This document shows positions 18,683-28,742 of a stretch of 32,000 bases of DNA, piece by piece (position 1 is the stretch's first letter; the number at the start of each line of letters is the position of its first letter). This DNA comes from Wallemia ichthyophaga EXF-994. Lineage: Eukaryota > Fungi > Basidiomycota. A model generated the notes under the pieces. It did no database searches, was not told the origin of the DNA, and worked only from the letters and a program-made list of their open reading frames with translations. The stretch lies in contig NW_008806275.1 of NCBI RefSeq assembly GCF_000400465.1, positions 459,656 to 491,655 on the forward strand. Direction: 5' to 3'. A program made the translations under genes and the position numbers.

Positions 18683-20558
18683 TCAATTACTTCCCAGTAA
18701 TGGTTGTCTTTCATTTGGCGGAGTTGACTGTGGGGGTGTTTCATTATCCTCGGCGTGTGTGGTACCCCTGACTCTGATATCAGCCAGTGTGCACTCCCTA
18801 TTCCAGTTAATACGCGAGACAATCCAGAGGACAGCGATAAAATTCAAAAAGAGCGCTATGGACATACCCAGCCACAAACCGACAAGTCTGTCGCTCTGAG
18901 CACTGGGCCAAGGCCAATAGCTTTCAGGATTGACTCTAGGTAGGAATGCCAAACAGACAGCCAACGGTAATCCAATGATGTAGAAACCAGTTATTTGAAT
19001 GACTGCACCCATTAGCTGTCGACCTGTTGTCCTTAGTATACCCAAGCAAGATGAGATGGTGCCATCCGTGAATTGGAACAACGCAACAAGGGGTAAAATA
19101 TTAGCAACTAGCTCTATAACGTCGCTGTCAGAAGTAAAAATCTTGGCAAATGACTTCCTAAAAATCAAGAAAACAAGCGCATTTATCAACGCCATGGCGA
19201 AGGAAAATTGGATCGTAGCTTTAGTGGCGGCCGATGCTCTATTGGGTAGAAATTTACCCATAAGGTTTCCAATCCTGACTGAACTGGCAACACTGAGTGC
19301 TGACGGCAGCTGGTAGCTGACTGACGAGCTAGTATTTATAACGGACTGAGCTGCTAAAGCCGTAGGGGAAATGAAAGATGCTGCAAATGCCAAACCTTCC
19401 CATGCAGCCCATTCACTAAGTGTCATTGTCGCAGCAGATGCGCCGAGCTTGGGTAAGAGTTAGTCTAAAGTCACGTCTAGAAAAAGAAATGCTTAATCAC
19501 CTTGAAGCAGACGCCGAGATCTTTGAACATCAAATGACTGAATCCGCCCCAAGTACCCTGTCTGGTTTTAGGGTTGAGGACAACATATGCGAATAGTAGG
19601 ATCGCAATAAGATCAATACATGCCGCTGACGCAATAGGGCTACCAATGAATCCCAGACTAGTCTTCCAGACAAGAAGGTATTGCAGGAGCATGTTGAGAG
19701 GACTAATGACTATCAGGACGATTGTAGGAATGTGCATGTTGTTGCAGCTTTGCAGAAACTTCCTGAGCAGCTCAAAACCAGCGAATCCAGGCAAAGCAAC
19801 TGTGAAGTATCTCAAGTAGGTACCAGCAAGGTGGGCGACTTGAGGATCTTGTCCGATAGATAGTAGAATACGCTCGGAGTTGATCCATACAGCGCTAATT
19901 GGGATGAGAAGGAGGAAGATTACGACTGTCATGCGCTAGCAATTAACGAAGTTAGGAGACAAAAGAGGTTAAAATGGAAACATACACTTGTCCAGATTCC
20001 AACCAAGGCAGGATTGCTAGATGCATAGCTGGTGGCTAACAAGCTATCCAAACCGGTCGCGAAGCCTTGAATAAGAGCGAGACCTGTGACTGCTGCAGTC
20101 ATAGAGGATAAACTCATGGCAGCTAATGCCATCTTATCAATGTGCCCTACTGAGAGTACGCTAGCAACATTTAGCGAGTACTCAAGTAAATGAGTAAGCC
20201 AAATAGGTATGAGGTAGATGCTAATGATGCGGAGCTCGGTCATGACGGTGGAATTGTCAACCTTGTCATGATCGTAGGAGACTGGGATAGGGGTGTGAAC
20301 TTGAGGAGGTTGTTGGGGATTGAGTATGGATTGTCGCTGTCTGGCGATTTCCTCGTCCATTTCGTTGGAAACACGCTTGGATGAAGATTTATATTGTGTT
20401 TGCTGTGTGTTGCTAGTGCGCTCGTCAGTGATGCTATCATGGCTACCACTTTCGCCATCTGGCTCGTTTGCGTCGTCGCTATCTGAGTGACCAAAAATGG
20501 ATTCTAGCGTGTTAAAATCTCTCGGTATAGAGGATGAATAAATAGATGATCTCCGCAT
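18683..20558 (-). CDS. MATE (multidrug and toxic compound extrusion) transporter, Erc1-like; 3 exons (20558-19986, 19935-19501, 19447-18683), 590 aa
   Basis: SVLSVGHIDKMALAAMSL, GFATGLDSL, FELLRKFLQ, EWAAWE, LFQFTDG...GILRTTGRQLMGA...FYIIGLP; long polar N-terminal extension. Confidence 0.92.
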
Positions 20559-20722
20559 ATCGCTTGTACAGAGGTGATGGTGGTGAAGTAGCGAGGAAGT
20601 GACGGAGAATAAACATCTGAATACACACAAGTAAAATTGAAGTGTTAATCAATTATTTGTATCTACTTCACTCTCACCGAAACCATCATCATCATTGGAA
20701 ACGATCTTGTGGATCTATCACA

Positions 20723-22004
20723 ATGGATAACCACAAATTATTCATTGGGAGCACTTACGATGGTTTGTTAGTCCTTGAAGCTTCTAGACTCGGTTTGCTA
20801 CCACGTGGGTGCTCACTATCGCACCTAACACACACGCTGAGCATTGCTCACTAATAGGAGTAACCAGAAGACTGAAGGAGTCTGAGCGTCGTCTGGTACA
20901 GTCTGGCTCTGTATTTGTCTTTGACGAGCACGAGTCTGGTATCAAAAGGTGGACAGACGGTCTGATCTGGTCGCCGTCTAGAATACTCGGAAACTTCCTT
21001 ATTTATAGAGAAACCCACAAACCGAAGCGCAATGCTACTGCGTCTGTCAACCAACAGCAATCTTATTCATTAGAAAGTTTCAACTACGATCCCAACAACC
21101 AAAACAGCTCAGACGATGAAAATGAGTCGGAGAAAGCAAAAGAGAGGTCTCTCGTAGGCTCACTCACCAAATCCGACATGTTCAAGTCTAATGGGTTGGT
21201 CAAAAAGGTTAGTAATTTGGTGTACCTTAAATTTATAAGTCCGTGTCTCACAAAGAATCCTAGACTATGTCTCTTAGTTTTAACGGTTCCGCGCAGCATC
21301 TAATATCATACTATAGAGTAGAAGATGTTCAAAAGGGCAGATTGAGATCACCTTCGACTCTACCAGAGTTCCAATCTCTGGCCATATCCCAAGAATATCT
21401 CGTTAATTCAAATTTTAGATGCCCAATTAGAACAGAAGTCGACCCCGACGGACTTCTGAGGTATAGGGGCGAGCAGGAGGATTTTTCTCAGTATAGTCCA
21501 CCATCGATCCAAGCAGCACTATCAAACTATCAAGCACAGATGTCGCAGCAGCATCAGAAGTCTAAAGCACGCCGGTCCAGCCATCCAATAGCGGGTAACA
21601 GGTCGCCACCATATGCAGCTGCATCGCCATCGGCTTCAGGTATTGGGAAGTCTTCACCGACGTCTCTGAACAACCACAGATATACGCCGTATGGTAGTCC
21701 ACCTTCGAGACATATTTCCAGCTTACCGATGACGATACAGGCGGTGTCGCCTGTGTTGCCACCGTCTTCACCACCTGTGCATAGAGGCATGTTGCGGCCA
21801 CCTTTCGACTATTATGACAGCGCTAATGCGCAAACAACTCCTATAGGCCGAGTGAGCTCTTCTGCTCCACTTGCGGGCCATGCTCATGCTCATGATCATG
21901 CTAATAACCACAGTCAACTTCACGCTCACGCTCACGCTTATCAAATCCCAGCGCCACCTATTCAATACTATGCACAAACCCATCCGAATAACCCATCAAG
22001 CTGA
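20723..22004 (+). CDS. WOPR-family (Gti1/Pac2, Wor1/Ryp1/Sge1-like) transcription factor; 3 exons (20723-20804, 20858-21207, 21264-22004), 390 aa
   Basis: WOPRa: GLLVLEA...SGSVFVFDEHESGIKRWTDGLIWSPSRILGNFLIYRE. WOPRb: GLVKK|TMSLSFNGSAQHLISYY...GRLRSPS. Ser/Pro/His-rich C-terminus. Confidence 0.93.
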
Positions 22005-22252
22005 ATAGAATCTCCATCAGTAATAATTTTTAAATTTACGGTAATTGTAATATATCTTTCTTGCTTAAGCTGCTTCTACCAATGACTTGTATTAACACTC
22101 TAGTTTACTAAAGAAATGAATTATAAAGTACATAGGAAGAAAAGGCGTTAATTAATTTAGAATTAAAAGTGTGTTTATAGGGTAATGAATGGGGTATGTA
22201 AACGATAGTACCAAGATATATCTATATGAAAATTTGCACGATACGAGGCAAA

Positions 22253-23629
22253 TCACTGCACGTCAACAAGATTGTTAGACTCAGCGAACCAACTGTCACG
22301 GAACTGAGGTTGGCCGTTTGTTTGATGGCCGTTAGGCATCTGCCTTGGCTGTTCATTCTCATTGGGCTCCGGTGAGTCATCGTCGTTAGACATTCTGACT
22401 ACCTCGATTCTGTCCTGGACGTTCGTAGGAGATACTTCAGCTCCCGCAGCTGCATTTACTGGGAATTGTGATAGCAGCGGCGACTGGCGTGGTGTTTGAG
22501 AGTGTGTATGGTGGAAATGGCTGTTCATGACCATATATCCAAGCAATTGCTCAACCTTTCCATTCAATGTCTTCATATCTCTCTGTATACTGTGTATCTC
22601 GTTCTTCAGTCCTGACATCTCCTTCGGTGTGCGCAGTTCAATCGAATCTAGTCTAGATTTCAAGACATGGAGCTGGTCAAGAGCGATGCCATTGGCGAGG
22701 TTATTGCTGTTTGTTTGGTTGGAGGTATTGATAGATTGGCTAATATTCTCGATAGTAGGTGTCAGCGGTGAGACTGTCGAAGAAGTGTTGTGGTTGTGAG
22801 TGTTGTGGATGTTGTGAGTGCTGTGAGTGCTGGCTGAAGATGCAGACGAAGGCGGAGGAGCAGATACAGATGCAGACGCCGCCTGGCTAGCAGCGTGGCT
22901 CGCAGCATTTGCAGACGTTGCGCTATATCTTCCCTTTCTCCTCTTCTGGCCGTCTTCTCGTCTAGGCGCGGGTGATTGAGGCGGAACGAATGTCTGATTT
23001 GTGGTTTCCTTTAGTGTTACTTTGATAATCGCGTCAATATGGATATAGTCAGCTTATAAGCACCCACAATCAGCCGTGCTATTTGTCCTGGTACCGTTCG
23101 CAGCAGCAGTCCTAAGATCGTCAGGAACAGCACCCTTGCAAGCAGGAAGATGTTTTCTGATACGATCCGGGGTTGTAGAATGAGCGTTAGCGCCACCGCG
23201 CTCAGGAAATACTTTGCAGAACGTGCATCTAAGCCAACAAAGCCTATCCTGTTCATCGTGTACGGCTTCTAGGTAGCCCTTGAATGGAGTATTATCAGTC
23301 TGGCGCGCAGATTGAGCTTTATCACCATTGACAGTATTTATAGCTTTCGACACAGAGCTCTCGTTATCAGACTGCGAAGACGTGGATTCCTTTCTTGACT
23401 GTCTCTGCTTGGGCATCCCATTACCACCGATGTTGTTGGCGGTGTTGACGTAAGGATGATGGTAGACACTCTGTGTAGACCTACGCCGCCGTTGAGGACC
23501 ACCAACATTGCTGCTATCGTTGCTCGCCGCGGTAGGTGCAAATGCGGACATGAGTGAGGTGTTAGGCTCGAGGCTGTCTAGCTGGTAATCATTGGTGGAG
23601 CTGTGCTGGTGTTGCTGATCATATTCCAT
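22253..23629 (-). CDS. Uncharacterised nuclear protein with a BED-like C2HC zinc finger, a basic NLS-like motif and a C-terminal coiled coil; 2 exons (23629-23068, 23019-22253), 442 aa
   Basis: The 48-nt intron 23067-23020 (GTGGGT...AAG) joins two track ORFs into one stop-free frame. WLRCTFC-x21-H-x3-C; GQKRRKGR; heptads LHVLKSRLDSIELRTPKEMSGLKNEIHSIQRDMKTLNGKVEQLL. Confidence 0.75.
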
Positions 23630-23891
23630 CTTTGTGTGGTTACGAACACTGCTGTGCCCGTCTCTTCAACCTCGAATCTAATCTTCATACCATTTGTTTT
23701 AGTCTTCATTCCAAACGACACACTAAACTGCAGAATTATGCTTCGATGCATTTCAAGATAAGTAATTATTCTCAAGATCATTCTGTATTCCTGTCATTGA
23801 ATCAAATGCGCGATTTTTGTATACAAAAGGCTCATTTTGTTACTTGTGCCGAAGGTTTACACTAAACTGAGCCCATTGATAGAATTATAAG

Positions 23892-24218
23892 ATGGATTTT
23901 CATGCAGGTGTGTATGAGCTTGTTGATGCAATTCCTTACGGGAAGGTGGCAACGTATGGCCAAATAGCCAAGGAACTCGGCCAGCCCAATCACAGCCGAA
24001 TGGTAGGGCAAGCTCTGAAGTTGCTCAACCCAGCCAACAATATCCCATGGCACAGAGTCATCAACAGCAAAGGCGAGCTGTCTAATAGAGGTGATGGCGG
24101 TGTTGGGATTCACAACCAAGCACAGCGTCTTGAAGAAGAAGGCGTAATTCTCACTCAATTTGGCCAAAATCAATATAAATTAAATCTATCAGTGTACATA
24201 CATCAATTTATCTCTTAG
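23892..24218 (+). CDS. atl1: Alkyltransferase-like protein (O6-alkylguanine sensor), 108 aa
   Basis: IPYGKVATYGQIA...SRMVGQAL...IPWHRVINSKG. PWHRV replaces the catalytic PCHRV of true MGMT. Confidence 0.92.
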   Translation: MDFHAGVYELVDAIPYGKVATYGQIAKELGQPNHSRMVGQALKLLNPANNIPWHRVINSKGELSNRGDGGVGIHNQAQRLEEEGVILTQFGQNQYKLNLSVYIHQFIS

Positions 24219-26468
24219 TATTTGCTAATTCGTACGCTGCGTTGCGTACTCTACTATCGTAATGCTGTGATTCGAGTAACGCCAACTCGAATCCCAATGC
24301 ATTCTGCGCGTTACACGCATACGGATCATTCAAGTAAGCCTTATAACCACCCTCACCCGACATTCTATCTTCAGTACTTAACAGCGTCTCTATCACCGAT
24401 CCACCTGCTATACCTACCAACTTCTGCACAAAGTCGACTGCCTTGAGTGAACTATCACCAGGCCATTGCAACGTGCAAATCAAAATCCGCTTGGCGAATG
24501 CTAGGCACCTCGTCGATGGTACTCCTTTGGTTTGGTTGCGCGCTGTGAAGAAAACAATATTGAGCGTGTCGAACAATAACTCTGACTCAGATTTCGCATG
24601 GACCGGTTTGATCTTTTTGAATGATTTGACACTGTTGTCTGGTACAGTTTCTATTGTTGGTGAGATGCTCAGTGGTAGGAGCAGCGCATAAAGTGAAGTC
24701 AAGAAGTCATCGAGATCTATATTCAGCGACTCTCCTTGATCCGTCAAAAGCTTGAATGCAGTAGAGATACACAGCAGCCTCAATCTTGTTTCACTCGACG
24801 GAACTAAAGTGTCCACATTCTCATCCTCCTCGTGCACCAATTTCTCTTCCACCAGTGCATCCAGCTCAGCTCTCTTACTGATACTCTTCAACACGTCAAG
24901 AAGGCTACACAGTTTGTTAGTATACCACATCAAAATCATCTCACAACCCACTCAACAAAGAAGTCAACGTTAACGAGGTGACTAAAGTTGGCGACACCTT
25001 CCAAAGCTACAGGCAGGAGTGGACTAGATTCTGGAAATTTAAGTATGCGGAAATAAATGACGAAAATGAGTTTGAGCGTCTCAGTGTTATTCCTATCCTT
25101 AGTCTCCTTATCCACTTCAACTTGCGCTTCTTTCATCTCCTTTTCAATTTCTTTATTCTCGCGATGAGCTTTCTTTGCCTTCTTTGACAAATGCTTCTTC
25201 TCCTTGTTTTCTTTGAATTTACGTTGATGTTTGTTTGGTTTCTGCGTTGACTCAAGTGTTAGCTCTTCTCTGAGTCTGAGGTTGTTAAATAAAGACAAGA
25301 CGTTTGGAGATATTCTAAATTGACGCTCCTTTATCATTCTATTGAGTATCTTTGTAATCTCGAGACTGAACTCTCCGCTAACATCACTCTTGAGGACCTT
25401 TTCGAGTGCATCATAGCACATTTTAGACAATTCATCCCATGACTGCTTCGATATCCGACCGATAACACATTCCATTATGTTTGTGTGGAAGTTGAAGTGT
25501 GTCGCCCTCTCCAACATGATACACATACACTGCAGACATACTTTCGTCAGTGTTGATGCCTTTTTTATCTCTTTGTCAAGACTCGCAAGCCAATTCTGGT
25601 AAAGCTGTATGATTAGCTCTTCCCACTGACGACGCGCCGCAACCTCTTTGCTGACTTTCTCTGTCTTCTCTTTCTCACTGAGCTTTCTTATCCTATACGA
25701 TGGCAGAATATCAACAAATATGGCTGAGAGTGATAAGTGTGATAGTTGTCTGATAGACTCTAGGTTTACGATCTCCTTATCGTCGTATTTTAACTTGTAC
25801 TGAGTCAGCTGCTGGAGTTTTCTTATATGGATTAGATTTTCCTCTGGATCTGTCAGTACAGTCTGAGCAATTGAAGCCATTGTGAATTTAGCAGCAGCTA
25901 GTTGAGATTTCTTAGTGTTGTTTTGCATATAGATTCTGTAGATATGGTGTGTCTTCTCGTCGCTGTCCTCTTCGTCAGCCTCATCTGACTTGTCCTTGTC
26001 TACCTCTTGGTCATCCTCCTCCTGCTCAGACTGGCTCTCGTAGATGTCGTCAGCCTTGAGCTGCTTCGGGCGCGACGGCAGGTTTTTTATCTTTCCGTCG
26101 TCAAGCTTTATCGGCAGTCTATTCTGTTCGGCTTGAGGGGAGGCTTTTGAGTGCTGCTTCTGGAGCTGGAGCTGGTAGTTGTCTTCGAGATTATCGTCTG
26201 CGTCGCTGGGAATATCGCTGGCTGCGTCGTCACTTGCTACATCGCTAGCCAGACTATCCTCACTATCCTCTCCACTTCTACTCTCCTCAGACTCAGACTG
26301 TGGTTTGACAAACTTCCTCTTTGCGTTCTTCAGCTTGTTCGTAGGTTTGCTGATTTCCTTTTCATTCAGCTGCGCCAAGAACGACGGCTTCTGTTCGTCA
26401 AAAAACCTGGTCTCGTAAACTTCATCCTCGCTGCCGCTACTCATGCTGCTGGTGGAACGAGAAGACAT
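24208..26468 (-). CDS. NOC3: Nucleolar complex-associated protein 3 (Noc3, CBF/Mak21 family); 2 exons (26468-24952, 24904-24208), 737 aa
   Basis: Acidic/basic N-terminus; IFVDILPSYRIR, ATHFNFHTNI, ETLKLIFVIYFRILK, ALEGVANFSHLVNVDFFV|DLL, RCLAFAKRI. 47-nt intron 24951-24905. Confidence 0.92.
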
Positions 26469-26525
26469 GGATTAAAGTGGTGAAATTACATAAATAAAAC
26501 TAAATACCCGGAAAATACAAAAATT

Positions 26526-27651
26526 CTATTTCAACTCAGTCTTGAACACCAAATCCCAGAACTTGGACGTCACACCGAATCCGAGCTCGAAGTTGCCGTA
26601 GTGGTGCTTCAAGTGGTACGATTTCATCTGCTTGAGGTAATTTGGCAATCTAGTGTGATGTAGCGCATAGTGCATACAGTCATAGAGAACATAAAAGGCG
26701 AATGAGCCGGATATCACACCATTTGCTGTTGCCGTGTTCGGAAGTATCTTGTATGCCAATTGCGTGAATGGATACTGCAACGCAGTGAATAATGTTGGTG
26801 GCATAACCAATCTCAACCCGTCAGCTGGTAGGTAGTGGTGTATACCGTCTAGAGGAAAATTTTGTCAGAAGTGGTTAGATGTTGCAACATTACTTACGTA
26901 GTAAGAAGTGAAGCATAAGAAATACTGGTCTATCTGGCAAGTAGTCGTCGACGTGGAAGAGGAATCTGTGCATCCCGTATTCCAAAATTGTCCAAATAAC
27001 ATTCCCGAGTAGGAAGCATCCCAGAGTACAGAGACCACCAAGCGAGCTACCAAACTGAGTACTGAAGTCTGAGAAGCTTCTGAATGATAGATAGAGCGTG
27101 ATTGGCACCCAGATCAATGGAATAACATACCACGGAGTGACGGTGAACATTTCCAGGAAATCGTAACCAAACAGTCTAGCGCTTTTCTTGAGATGTCTAG
27201 GCTGATGTACTTGCTCCAAATAAAAGTCTTTACTGAAGTTGCTGTACCACACTTGACTAAGAAGTGGCTTACTGAGGTCGAGGAATTCACATTTCTCTAA
27301 ATCGTCCTCGATGTTGCTCTCTTTGGGCATGAAATCATCAGTCGCAACCCAATTCTCATCGACTATACGGGTCCCAGAATCGAGCTTACCAATGAGCATA
27401 TCGGACATCATTCCAAAAGCTGCAGGGGTATGTTCATGGTCTTCTTCACTATTCGTCGCTTTCATTGCTGCTTCAATATCTTTGCCAGCATATTTGAGAA
27501 TGAGGTCTTCGCCACCAGGATGATCGTGCAAGAAATCCGTTACATCGTAGATCAATCTACCTATAGTAACCCAGCAGCTCTTATCAGATTTGTGGGCCTC
27601 TACGTCTGCTCTTGTGTGAATCTTCAGTCTTCTCTGTCTGAGCTCAGCCAT
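26526..27651 (-). CDS. SCS7: Sphingolipid fatty-acid alpha-hydroxylase with an N-terminal cytochrome b5 domain; 2 exons (27651-26898, 26848-26526), 358 aa
   Basis: Cytochrome b5 motif YDVTDFLHDHPGG; His boxes EYGMHRFLFH, HFLL|HGIHH, YDCMHYALHH, YHLKHHY; FGVTSKFWD. Confidence 0.96.
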
Positions 27652-27725
27652 CTTGTACTTTGTACTGGAACAAGAGGCGGTGCTCGGATCTTATCGGTGG
27701 ATATAAAATACACAGAAAAGAAGAA

Positions 27726-28470
27726 ATGTCGCGAGGATTATTTATCGTCGTCGAAGGTCTCGATAGGACTGGTAAATCAACGCAGTGTGCCCAGCTACTA
27801 AACCACTTCACCGCCTCGGGAAGGAAGGTGACTCTAATGAAGTTTCCAGGTGAGGGCAACTGCGTGGCGTAAAAAGCCTCAAACTCATTGCCTCTCGCAG
27901 ACAGAACCACAAACATTGGACAGATGATCAATAGCTACCTCCAGTCCAAAACTGAGCTCAACGATCACGCTATACACCTCCTTTTCTCTGCAAACAGATG
28001 GGAATTGAGTCAGCATATCGTCGATACACTCAATGGAGGCACTACCATTATCGCTGATAGGTATGCCTACTCGGGTGTGGCATACTCTGTCGCTAAGGTG
28101 CGTTCAAACGCGTTTGACGCGTATTTTATCAACAAAAACCAATCTTAATATCCATTTAAAGGGGCTCAACTATAACTACTGCAAGAATCCAGATAAAGGC
28201 CTACCAAAACCCGATAAGGTCTTCTTTTTAGACCTCCCACCGCTTCTGGCTCAGCAGAGAGAGGATTACGGTGAAGAGAGGTATGAATCGCTCGAAATAC
28301 AGACGCGTGTACGCTCGGCATTTGTGCAGCTGCTCCAAGACAACCAGTACATTCACAAACTTGACGTCACTAGACAATCTATCGAGAGCGTTCACCAGGC
28401 CTTGAAACAAGAGCTCACACCGTTACTTGAAAGCTCACAAGAACCCTTAAGACACACCTTGTTCATGTAG
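27726..28470 (+). CDS. CDC8: Thymidylate kinase; 3 exons (27726-27849, 27901-28097, 28162-28470), 209 aa
   Basis: P-loop RGLFIVVEGLDRTGKSTQ, FP|DRTT, HLLFSANRWE, IIADRYAYSGVAYS, PKPDKVFFLD, YGEERYE. Introns of 51 and 64 nt. Confidence 0.96.
28104..28122. promoter_or_regulatory. Two tandem ACGCGT (MCB) elements in CDC8 intron 2; the first is the centre of a 14-bp palindrome TCAAACGCGTTTGA
   Basis: ACGCGT at 28108-28113 and 28117-28122; palindrome at 28104-28117. Confidence 0.55.
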
Positions 28471-28742
28471 AAAAGGAAAGTATTCATCTATATTTGTACA
28501 ACATGAAAGCATAAAGAAATAACTACTACATACGTGTACTATGTGCGTACTTGAAGTTTGATTCGACTGGACGAGTAAAATGAGAAATGTAGTAGGACGA
28601 CGGCATAATCTTAATGGCTGAAATCACCAAAACAAGATGATAATGTCATCTAATCGACAACAACTGAAGACGTAGACTAAGGAAAGCGTAGAACCAAAAT
28701 ACACAAGATATTGACGAAATGTTGAGGTGTAAAATACACGTC

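Noticed and set aside
2594-20558. Possible biosynthetic cluster of sidA, spermidine synthase and the MATE exporter (a polyamine-hydroxamate pathway)
   Set aside because: The genes are 6-8 kb apart with core housekeeping genes between them. There is no NRPS, NIS synthetase or acyltransferase, and the monooxygenase retains ornithine-type motifs.
20803-20808. CACGTG E-box as a target of the neighbouring bHLH factor
   Set aside because: It straddles the WOPR exon 1/intron 1 junction and is explained by the codon plus the GT donor; the other copy I saw (near 2932) is in coding sequence.
22005-23891. hAT transposon around the BED-like gene
   Set aside because: No DDE transposase domain, terminal inverted repeats or 8-bp target-site duplication seen.
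23892-24218. O6-methylguanine-DNA methyltransferase (MGMT)
   Set aside because: The active-site Cys is replaced by Trp (PWHRV), which defines the non-catalytic ATL family.
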